Assembly (NCBI GenBank): GCA_019244185.1
Contig: JAFATB010000025.1
Coordinates: 352,798 to 416,797, forward strand
Source of the DNA: Acidobacteriota bacterium
GTDB taxonomy: Bacteria > Acidobacteriota > Thermoanaerobaculia > Gp7-AA8
Direction of reading: 5' to 3'
DNA length: 64,000 nt
Positions 1 through 8,900 of this stretch are shown here, in pieces. How positions within the stretch are numbered: the stretch's first letter is position 1; each line of letters opens with the position of its first letter. A program made the translations under genes and the position numbers. The notes beneath the pieces are model-generated. The model saw only the letters and a list, made by a program, of their open reading frames with translations. It did no database searches and was not told where the DNA came from.

Positions 1-1013
1 CGACCCGCGAAGGCGCGGGCGAGATCACGGTCGTGCTCAAGCGCACCGGCAACGTCTCGCTGCCCGTGCACATGAAGCTCGACGCCGGCGCGCTTCTCAA
101 ATTCAAAGACGAGCCGGAGACGCGCGAGCACCAGATCACGATGGCTGCCGGTCAGACGGAGCTGCCGCTGACGCTGCTCGTGCCGGATGACGACGTCTTC
201 GACGGCGAGCGGCGCGAGTTCGTCTACGTCTACTCCAACAGCGGCGAGGCGGTCATGCCCTCGTATCAAACGCTCGCCAGCACGTTCGTGCGCATCGTCG
301 ACGACGAAGCGGGACCGCACCTCTCCGTCGGCGACGACGTCACGGTCGCCGAAGGCGACAGCGGGCATGCGCTCATCTCGATTCCGCTCACGCTCTCGCA
401 GCCGATCGCGCAGGATCTCCCGCTCTTCGTCACGTACGTCGACGGTACCGCCACCGTGGGCCGTGACTACGAGACTCCCGACGGCGAGCACGGCGTCATC
501 CACGACCTCACGATTCCCGCCGGCAGCACGCACGCGAACCTCACCGCCTACATCCTCGGCGACACGGAAACGGAGCCGAACGAGACGTTCCACATCGTCC
601 TCGAACGCCCGACCGTCGCGCCGCCGGTGACGCTCGACCGCGGCGAGGTGCTCGTGACCATCGTCGACGACGACCTCTATCACTTCGCGTCCGACGTGAA
701 GCAAGCCGTGGCCGGCGTCGACGATACGCTGACCATCATCAACGGCCATCCGAGCGCGGCGCCGGTCGAGGTCGCGCTGCATTCGTCGGCGCCGACGGTC
801 GTCTCGGTGCCCGTGCACGTGACGCTCAGCGGCGCAAACGCGGCGTTCGCCATGCACCCGCTGCGCGCCGGCAACGCGAGGATCACCGCGACGGCGAGCG
901 ACGGCTCGACGTTCGACACGCTCGTCGTCGTCGCGATGCCGCAGGACGAACCGCCTCCTCCCCCGCCGCCGCCCACCACCGTGAACGGCAAGCATCGCGG
1001 CGTGCGGCACTAG
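1..1013 (+). CDS. Calx-beta domain surface/secreted protein (5' partial), Pro-rich linker and basic C-terminal tail
   Basis: Frame is open to the left edge (TREGAGEITVVLKRTG). Calx-beta signatures: IVDDE, VAEGDSG, DGTATVGRDY, GDTETEPNETF, VTIVDDD. Ends PPPPPPPTTVNGKHRGVRH. Confidence 0.75.
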   Translation, partial: TREGAGEITVVLKRTGNVSLPVHMKLDAGALLKFKDEPETREHQITMAAGQTELPLTLLVPDDDVFDGERREFVYVYSNSGEAVMPSYQTLASTFVRIVDDEAGPHLSVGDDVTVAEGDSGHALISIPLTLSQPIAQDLPLFVTYVDGTATVGRDYETPDGEHGVIHDLTIPAGSTHANLTAYILGDTETEPNETFHIVLERPTVAPPVTLDRGEVLVTIVDDDLYHFASDVKQAVAGVDDTLTIINGHPSAAPVEVALHSSAPTVVSVPVHVTLSGANAAFAMHPLRAGNARITATASDGSTFDTLVVVAMPQDEPPPPPPPPTTVNGKHRGVRH

Positions 1014-1025
1014 CGATCGCGCGCG

Positions 1026-2555
1026 TCACTTCGTCGACATGAACGGGTGCGCGATGCGCGGCTGCGTAGCGATGTCGACGAGCGCGTCGATGAGCACGCG
1101 CGCGCCGCGTTGCAGATCGTCGACGGAGATTTTCTCGTCGACGTCGTGCCCGGGATACGGCTTGCCGGGAAACCACATGCCGAAGGCGATCGAGTTCGGA
1201 AGTCTTTTCGCGTACGTCCCGCCGCCGGAGATCGCCGGCTTCGGCGACGCGACGCCGGTCGCGCGAGCGTACGCCTTCATCAGGCGCTGCACGAGCGGCT
1301 CGTGCGGATCGAAGCCGAGCGGCTCGTCTTCGAAGTAGGTCTTGGCCGCGTTGATCGTCAGCGACGCGCCGGTGCGTTTGTTGAAGTCGGCGACGAACGC
1401 CTCGAGATACGCGCGCGCCTGCGGCGCGGTGCGCGGCGGAATGCGGCGCAGGTTCGTGACGAAGACGAACGTCTTCGCATCGTTCGCATCGCGCTTGATC
1501 GTGGCCACGTTCACGGAGTAGCGGCCCCATATCGGATCGGAGTCGGTGATGCCGAGGCCCGTGCCGTGGAGATCCTGGCCGGCAAGACGTGCAAACGCGA
1601 GGAGATCGTCGGCGCCGCCGGTCGGCAGCTGCCCTTCGAGCACGCGCGCGAGCGCGACGAGCGCGTTGCGTCCGCCTTCGATGTTGACGCCGGCGTGCGC
1701 GGAGTGGCCGTACGTGACGACGCGCAGAATCGCGCCCTGCGGACCGAGGACGAGACGCGTGCCCTCGGGCAGCGCGACCTTCGTCAGCGCGTCCATGAGC
1801 GGCTGCCAGTTCGCATGCTCGCCGGTCCAGAAGAGACGCGCCTCCGCGTGATCGGGCACGATGCTCGTCGACAGTCCCGCGTCGAGCAGATCGACGCGAT
1901 ACGGCTTCTCGACGCCGGGACGGGAGTCGAGCGTCGTGGCGACGGCAAGCGCGTCCCACGCCTTCTCGCCGACCACGACCGGGAACTCGGAGTCGAGCAC
2001 GAGCGAGTAATCGGGCGGCTGATGCTCCTTCAGATACTCGGGGATCTCCTTCGCGTCGGATTCCTCTTCGCTGCCGACCAGCAGGCGGATGTGATGCGTG
2101 CGGCGGACGCGGCTCTCCTTCAGCGCCTTCATGGCCAGCAGCGCCTGCACGAGCGGACCTTTGTCGTCGGCGGCGCCGCGACCGAGCATGTAGCCGTCGA
2201 CGACGCGCCCTTCGAACGGCGGAATCGTCCACGCCTCGACGTCGACCGGCTGCACGTCGCCATGCACGACCAGGCCGAGGATCGGCGCGGGCTCGACGCT
2301 CGCGGGCAGATCGATCTCGACGATCTTGCCGGTGTTGCGCGCGGAGAAGCCGAGGTCGTGCGCGGTCTTCAGCAGCCACTCCTTCTGCTGCGCGTGCGCC
2401 TCGTCGTTGTTCTGATAGGTCGGGAAGCGCACGACTTCCGAAAGCATCGGCACGAGGCGCTGCGCCTCGTGTTTGCGGTAGTGCTCGAGCACCGCCGTCG
2501 TGTGCGTGGCGAGCGAGGTGGCGAGAAGGAGCGACGCGACGATCATGGCGTTCAT
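1026..2555 (-). CDS. M20 family metallopeptidase (PepV/Sapep-like dipeptidase), signal peptide
   Basis: HGDVQP, GRGAADDKGP, GSEEES, SGGGTYA and GHDVDE metal-binding motifs. Confidence 0.88.
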   Translation of the reverse strand: MNAMIVASLLLATSLATHTTAVLEHYRKHEAQRLVPMLSEVVRFPTYQNNDEAHAQQKEWLLKTAHDLGFSARNTGKIVEIDLPASVEPAPILGLVVHGDVQPVDVEAWTIPPFEGRVVDGYMLGRGAADDKGPLVQALLAMKALKESRVRRTHHIRLLVGSEEESDAKEIPEYLKEHQPPDYSLVLDSEFPVVVGEKAWDALAVATTLDSRPGVEKPYRVDLLDAGLSTSIVPDHAEARLFWTGEHANWQPLMDALTKVALPEGTRLVLGPQGAILRVVTYGHSAHAGVNIEGGRNALVALARVLEGQLPTGGADDLLAFARLAGQDLHGTGLGITDSDPIWGRYSVNVATIKRDANDAKTFVFVTNLRRIPPRTAPQARAYLEAFVADFNKRTGASLTINAAKTYFEDEPLGFDPHEPLVQRLMKAYARATGVASPKPAISGGGTYAKRLPNSIAFGMWFPGKPYPGHDVDEKISVDDLQRGARVLIDALVDIATQPRIAHPFMSTK

Positions 2556-2569
2556 TGTATGGTTCGCGA

Positions 2570-3103
2570 ATGACGATCTCCGGACGTCCCGCCGACGGCG
2601 AGTTCGCGGCGTACGCGACGAGCGACATCGACTTCGTCGCCGGCGACGACGCCGTGGCCGCGTTGCGCGCGCAATGCGACGAGGTCGTCGCGCTCTTCAA
2701 CACGCTCCGCAACGACGACGTTCGCGGCCTCGCCTACGCTCCCGGCAAGTGGACGCTCAAGGAAGTCCTCGGGCACCTCGCCGACGACGAGCGCATCTTC
2801 GCGTATCGCGCGCTCTGCATCGCGCGCGGCGACACGCGTCCGCTGCCGGGCTTCGACGAGCAGGAGTACGTGGCCGGGAGCCGCTTCGAGGAGCGCACGC
2901 TCGCCGACGTGCTCGACGAGTACCGCATCGTGCGCGCGGCGTCGCTCGCGCTGTTCGCATCGCTCGATGAACCCGCGTGGCTGCGGCGCGGCATCGTGAA
3001 CGAATACGAGGCGTCGGTGCGCGGGCTCGCGTTCCACATCGCCGCACACGAGCTGCATCACCTGCGCATCGTGCGCGAAAAGTACCTCGCTACTCGACTT
3101 TGA
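2570..3103 (+). CDS. DinB/YfiT-like metal-dependent protein
   Basis: YAPGKWTLKEVLGHLADDERIFAYRAL and HIAAHELHH. ATG 2570 chosen as start. Confidence 0.88.
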   Translation: MTISGRPADGEFAAYATSDIDFVAGDDAVAALRAQCDEVVALFNTLRNDDVRGLAYAPGKWTLKEVLGHLADDERIFAYRALCIARGDTRPLPGFDEQEYVAGSRFEERTLADVLDEYRIVRAASLALFASLDEPAWLRRGIVNEYEASVRGLAFHIAAHELHHLRIVREKYLATRL

Positions 3104-3884
3104 CGTCGCCGAGGTCGATCTTCGGGTACGACATGTCGAGGGAGTCGAGCGTCTCGGCGATCGTGCGCGCGACGACGTAGTTGCGGTACCACTTCGCGTT
3201 CGCCGGCACGACGTACCACGGCGCCCACGCGGTGGAGGTCTTCTCGATCGCATCCTCGTACGCCTTCATGTAGTCCTTCCACAGCTTGCGCTCATCGAGG
3301 TCGCCGTGCTGGAACTTCCAGCGCTTGGTCGGATCGTCGATGCGCTCCTGCAGGCGCTTGCGCTGCTCGTCCGCGCTGATGTGCAGGAAGAACTTGAGGA
3401 CGATGGTGTCGTTCTCGACGAGCATCCGCTCGAAGTCGTTGATCTGCTGATAGCGCTCCCGCCACTGCTTCTCCGGCACCAGCTCGTGCACGCGCACGAC
3501 CAGCACGTCCTCGTAGTGACTACGGTTGAAGACCGCGACCTCGCCCGCGGACGGCGTCTGCGCGTGAACGCGCCAGAGGTAGTCGTGCGCGAGCTCGTCC
3601 GGCGACGGCTTGCGGAACGAGACCACGCGCACGCCGGCGGGGTTAAAGCCGCTCATCACGTGGCGCACCGTGCCGTCTTTGCCCGACGTGTCCATGCCCT
3701 GCAGCACGACCAGCACTTTGCGGCGGCGCTCCGCGAAGAGAAGCTCCTGCAGCTCGCGCAGGCGATCGACGAGCTTCTCGCTTTCTTTCTTCGCCTCGGA
3801 TTTTTTGTCGGCGAGCGGCGTGTCGTCGGGATCGATCTCGCTGAGGTCGATCTTCGTGCCCGGGTCGATGCGATGCTTGTTCAC
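3090..3884 (-). CDS. ppk2: Polyphosphate kinase 2 family (polyphosphate:nucleotide phosphotransferase)
   Basis: LQGMDTSGKDG Walker A, FNRSHYEDVL, KFFLHIS, APWYVVPANAKWYRN. GTG 3884 is the probable start. Confidence 0.92.
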   Translation of the reverse strand: MNKHRIDPGTKIDLSEIDPDDTPLADKKSEAKKESEKLVDRLRELQELLFAERRRKVLVVLQGMDTSGKDGTVRHVMSGFNPAGVRVVSFRKPSPDELAHDYLWRVHAQTPSAGEVAVFNRSHYEDVLVVRVHELVPEKQWRERYQQINDFERMLVENDTIVLKFFLHISADEQRKRLQERIDDPTKRWKFQHGDLDERKLWKDYMKAYEDAIEKTSTAWAPWYVVPANAKWYRNYVVARTIAETLDSLDMSYPKIDLGDVKVE

Positions 3885-3891
3885 ACGCGCA

Positions 3892-4335
3892 TCAGAACAG
3901 GCGGCGCCCCTCGTGCGCAAGCAGCCACTGTTTGCGCTCGATTCCGCCGCCGTAGCCGGTGAGCGTTCCGTTCGAGCCGATGACGCGATGACACGGCACG
4001 ATGACGGCGATGGGATTCGCGCCGTTCGCCGCGCCGACCGCGCGCACCGCGTTCGGCCGTCCGATGCGATGCGCGATCTCGGCGTACGTGACGGTCGCGC
4101 CGTACGGCACGCGCAGCAGCTCGTCCCACACCGCGCGCTGGAACTCGGTGCCGCGCGGCGCGAGGTCGAGCTCGAACACGGTGCGTTTGCCGTCGAAGTA
4201 CTCGCGCAACTGCACGATTGCGGGATGAGACGCGTCCGCTTCGCGGAGTCCGTGCGGACGGAAGCTCACCGCGACGACGCGTTCATCGTCGTCGATCGCA
4301 ACGTGCAACGGACCAATCCGCGAATCGAAGCTCAC
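3892..4335 (-). CDS. ogt: Methylated-DNA--protein-cysteine S-methyltransferase
   Basis: GTEFQRAVW, RAVGAANGANP, active-site PCHRV, GYGGG. Confidence 0.95.
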   Translation of the reverse strand: MSFDSRIGPLHVAIDDDERVVAVSFRPHGLREADASHPAIVQLREYFDGKRTVFELDLAPRGTEFQRAVWDELLRVPYGATVTYAEIAHRIGRPNAVRAVGAANGANPIAVIVPCHRVIGSNGTLTGYGGGIERKQWLLAHEGRRLF

Positions 4336-4385
4336 CGTACCGTAGAATAACGCCTACCGATCCCATCACAGCGAGGGAACTCTTC

Positions 4386-5372
4386 ATGAAAACCTTCTTC
4401 AAGGTCATCGGCATCGCCGTGCTGACCATCGTCGCGCTCGCGGCGATCGGCGTGTCGTGGCTCGCGCTGCGCAAGCCGGCGCAGCGTCCGGCGTCCGCCG
4501 AGCGCATCGAAGCGACGCCGGAGCGCATCGCGCGCGGCTCCTATCTCGTCAACCACGTGGCCGACTGCCTCGGCTGCCACTCCGAGCACACGCTTGCGTA
4601 CGGGTTCCCCATCAAACCGGGACGCGAAGGCGCCGGCGGCATCGTGTGGGACGAGAAGATGGGCTTCCCCGGCCGCCTCGCCGCCGCCAACCTCACGCCC
4701 GATCCCGAGACGGGACTCGGCAAGTGGTCCGACGGCGAGATCCTCCGCGCGATGCGCGAAGGCGTCGACCGCAACGGCGACGCGCTCTTTCCGATCATGC
4801 CGTACGTGCAGCTGCGCAATCTCTCCGACGACGACGCGAAGGCGATCGTCGCGTACCTCCGCACGCTGCGCCCGATCCGGTACGAGAAGCCGAAGAAGCA
4901 GCTGAACGTGCCGCTCAATTTCATCGAGAAGTTCATCCCGCAGCCGCTCGAAGGCCGCGTGACCGCGCCCGATCCGAACGACAGCGTGGCCTACGGCCGC
5001 TACCTCACGCGCATCGGCGGCTGCTACGAATGCCACACGCCGCACGACAACAAGGGACCCATCGAGGCGCAGGCGTTCAGCGGCGGCTGGGAAATGATTG
5101 GCCCGTGGGGCCGCAACGTGACCGCGAACCTCACGCCGCACCCCGACACGTTCGTCGGCCGCGCCACGAAGGCGGAGTTCATCGGCCGCTTCCGCGCCTT
5201 CGCGAACTTCACCGCCGCCAACGCCCCCGCCGCCCCCAAAGGCCGCAACACCGTCATGCCGTGGATCGAGCTCTCCGGCATGACCGACCACGACCTCGGC
5301 GCGATCTACGACTATCTGAAGACCGTGACGCCGGTGGCGAAGAAGGTGGACACGTTCCCAAACGCACAGTGA
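4386..5372 (+). CDS. Membrane-anchored diheme cytochrome c
   Basis: N-terminal TM helix; two CxxCH motifs (CLGCH, CYECH); duplicated NLTP...MP modules; GAGGGA RBS-like sequence upstream. Confidence 0.88.
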   Translation: MKTFFKVIGIAVLTIVALAAIGVSWLALRKPAQRPASAERIEATPERIARGSYLVNHVADCLGCHSEHTLAYGFPIKPGREGAGGIVWDEKMGFPGRLAAANLTPDPETGLGKWSDGEILRAMREGVDRNGDALFPIMPYVQLRNLSDDDAKAIVAYLRTLRPIRYEKPKKQLNVPLNFIEKFIPQPLEGRVTAPDPNDSVAYGRYLTRIGGCYECHTPHDNKGPIEAQAFSGGWEMIGPWGRNVTANLTPHPDTFVGRATKAEFIGRFRAFANFTAANAPAAPKGRNTVMPWIELSGMTDHDLGAIYDYLKTVTPVAKKVDTFPNAQ

Positions 5373-5384
5373 GCCGGTCCGACC

Positions 5385-5810
5385 GGGCCGGTGCAACCGG
5401 CTGCGCTAAAGGCCCAGCCTACCCGCACGTGCGGGCCGGTGCGACCGGCTGCGCTAAAGGCCAAGCCTACCCGCACGTACGGCTGCCCTCAATGTCGTTT
5501 GGGGGCGGCCGCATGTGCGCGTCGTATCGTGGGGACATGCATCGCATTCGCCCCGTCTCCGCCGCTGACTGCGCCGCACTAATCCCCGCGAGATAGATCA
5601 CGGACGGATGAATCGCCGACCGCCCGCCATCGACGACTGCGCGCAACTCGTGCGCAGCGCGGCGAGTGCAGCGCAGTCAGCGGCGGAGATGGGACGAATG
5701 CGATGGATGCGCCGCACGATACGACGCGCACATGCGGCCACTCGGAGCGATATTCAGGGCAGCCGCACGTGCGACTAGGCTAGGCCCTTAGCGCAGCCGG
5801 TCGGACCGGC
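5385..5810. repeat. Long imperfect inverted repeat (arms ~5435-5580 and ~5665-5810) preceded by a 48-bp tandem duplication; REP/MITE-like
   Basis: Reverse complement of 5665-5810 aligns with 5435-5580. 5385-5432 and 5433-5480 are near-identical 48-mers. Confidence 0.85.
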
Positions 5811-5881
5811 GGCTCGCAGCGCGCGCATGAGGCGCTGGGCTTCGAGGTCGTCGATCGGATCGTGAACTATCGCAAGCGTTT

Positions 5882-5917
5882 GTGAGAGCGGCGACCGCGT
5901 GCGGTCGCCGCTCTCAC
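5882..5917. terminator. Perfect GC-rich hairpin just downstream of the adhesin stop; probable terminator
   Basis: GTGAGAGCGGCGACCGC-GT-GCGGTCGCCGCTCTCAC; U-tract is weak. Confidence 0.6.
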
Positions 5918-5927
5918 TGTTTCACCT

Positions 5928-8900
5928 TCAGCTCAGACGGCGCACGGCGAGCGCGGCGAGCAGCGCGGCGACCGCGAGCAGCGCCCATTCGTCGAGCGTT
6001 GGGATGGGGAGGATCTGCTGGATGACGACCGGCGTGGCGACGTCGTTGTTCGACGGATCGTCGTCGTTGTCGGGATCGGCATCCGTGCCGTTCTGCGAGA
6101 TGTCGGTCACCGTCACCCCTTCGGGCGACTGGCCGCTGCCGCTGGTCGAGACGTTGTACGTCTTGTCTTCGCAGTTCGCGACGAGGTGGACGTTGATGTG
6201 CACGATCGCGGTCTGTCCGGGTTGCAGCGTCGCGCCGGCGAGCAGCAGGTTCTGATTCGACGCGCCGTTGTACGCCGGGTCGACGGCGAGGTCGCTGCTG
6301 GTGATCGACGTGACGCTGTACGTCGCCGGCGGCACGAAGACGCTCGCGAGCGGGGTCGTGGCCTGCACGTTCGACAGCGCGACGTTGCCGAGGTTCTCGA
6401 GGCGGACGTCGAAGACGAGATCGTAGACGCCGCAGGTGCCGGTGTACGTCGACGTCACGTTCATCGCCACGCCGATGCGCGGGCTCTCCGCGACGATCGT
6501 GACGAGGTGATCCTCGACTTCGCCGTCGGGCGCGAGTCCGGTGACACCGAGGCCGGTCTGCGACGAGATGCGCGCGCGGGCCACGGCGGTTCCCGCCGGC
6601 GTGTTGAGCGGCACCGTCATCGGGAACGACTGCGCGGTGTTCGCGGCGAGCAGCTGATCGGTGACGACGTGCTCACCCGCATCGTTCCAGTCGCCGTCGT
6701 GGTTGTAGTCGACCCAGAGATTGACGAAGCCGCCGGTGGCGCCGGCCTGCAGCGTGACGGTGCCGTCGGTGCCGGAGACGTAGCTGGCCGCGAACGTCAC
6801 GCCGTTCTCGTCGTCGATGCCGGCCGTGTCGTCGCCGTCGGCACCGGCGCTCGGCGCGCCGTCGGCTTCCGTATCGACACTCGGGCCGAGGGTCGGATTG
6901 TTGGCGACGAGCACGACGTGCCGCGCGCCGTTCGACGCGAGGAGCGTCGGATACGTCGGATCGGGCGCATCGCCGAAGTCGAGACCTTCGACGTCGATGG
7001 CGTAGTCCTCGACCTCGCCGTTGGTTGCGGCGCCGGTGGGCGTGGCGATACCGGTGGAGCTGAGGCGGAAGCGCGCGTAGCTGGCGGACGTGTGCGCGTT
7101 GCACGGCACGTTCACGGGGATGACGTTCGCGCCGGCGCTCACCGCGAGCGACGTGGCGATGCGGTCGCCGGCGTCGAACGTGCCGTTGCCGTCGAAGTCG
7201 ATCCATGCGTCGAGGCGCGGCGTGGCGATGCCGGCGGTGTTCGTCAGCGTCACGGTCACGTTCTGCGTCGAGCAGGCGACGAGTGCGGACGGCAGCAGGA
7301 CGCCGTCTTCATCCGCGCCGTCGCCGGTCGCGCCGCTGCTCGGCTGGCCGTTGCTCTCCGCATCGACGGTCGCGCCGAGGGAGAAGCCGGTGACGAGGAT
7401 GTGATGCGGGCCGTCGGCCGCGAGCGAGGTGCCGTACGAATCGGGCGCATCGCCGAAGTCGACCGCGCCGATGGTGAACGCGTAGTCCTCGACCTCGCCG
7501 TCCGCGGCGTCGCTCGTCGGCGTCAAGCCGCCGGCGGACGAGAGGCGGAAGCGCGCGTACGTCAGGCCTGACGTAGCGTTGCACGGCACGGTCGTGGTGA
7601 GCGCGTTCGCGCCGGCGATCACGGGGACGTTGATGAAGATCTGTTCGCCCGCGTCGGCGAAGTCGCCGTCGCCGTTGTAGTCGATCCACGCGTCGAGTTT
7701 CGCCGCGCCGCTGCTGGTCACGGTGAACGATGCCGGATCGCACGTCGCGAAGGTCGACGTCAGCACGACGCCGTCCTCGTCGTCGGCGCAAGTGCCGATG
7801 CGGCTCGTGCCGGTCGCGAGATCGTCGCCATTTGCGCCGACACTGTCCTGCGACGCGGTCTCGGTGTCGACGCAGGTACCAAGGTACAACGGTACGAGCG
7901 GATCGACGACGTGCTCGGCGGAGCCGTAGCTCGCCGGCGCGTCGCCGAAGTCGGCGCCGGTCACGGTGACGGCGTAGTCCTCGACCTCGCCGTCGGCCGC
8001 GGGACCGGTGGGTGCGAGGCCGCCGGCGCTCGAGCAGCGGAAGCGCGCGTAGGTCGTGCCAGGGAGCGCGTTCGCGGGCACGGCCGGATTGAGAACCGTC
8101 GGCGCTCCGATGGGAATGACGAGCGACGCGGCGATCTGTTCGCCGTTGTCGTTGAAAACACCGTTCTGGTTCCAGTCGACCCACGCGTCGAGCGTGCACG
8201 GCGTGGGACCGCCGGACGTGACGGAGAACGCCGCCGTCGCGCCGGGCGTGAACGAGCCGCTGAACGCGACGCCGTCCTCGTCGTCGCCGCCGCTGCAGGT
8301 GCCGGTCGTGGTTCCGGCGGCGAGATCGTCAGCGTTCGCGGCGATGTTCTGCGCGAAACCGCCGTCGCTGTCGACGCACGCGCCGAGGTACGGGGCGTTC
8401 GAGACGCCGAGCTGATGGCGCGGACCGTTGTCGAGCGCGGTCGTGTTGTAGTCGTTGTGCGCGACGCCCGCGCCGACGTCGGGCGCGTCGCCGTAATCGT
8501 AGAGCAGCGGCGTCACGCTGCCGGTGATGAAGCCGAAGTCGACGGTGAGGTTCGTGTCGTTGTTGCCGTCTTCCGACGTCGGCTCGCCGTTGTCGGTGAG
8601 CGTCACCGGATCGCTGGCGACGAGCGCGCCGACGTTGGTGCCGTTGTCGTCGCCGTTCACGTCGTCGTCGGGATCGGGCGCGGGATCGTTGCCGGTGCTC
8701 GTGGTGAGTCCCGCGAGCGCGCCGCCGCCGTTGAAGTTCTCGGGCGCGACGACGACGATGTAGTTGCCGGGCGCGAGGTTGTCGAAGCGATAGCGGCCGG
8801 CGAAGCCGCCGGACGTCGCGGTGGTGGACGAGCCGGAGAACTCGTCGAGCGTCGGCTCGCCGTCGTTGTTCACGTCGCGATAGAGATCGAGGCGGACGTC

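Noticed and set aside
5385-5480. Tandem 48-bp repeats as a CRISPR array
   Set aside because: Only two adjacent units, no unique spacers, no cas genes.
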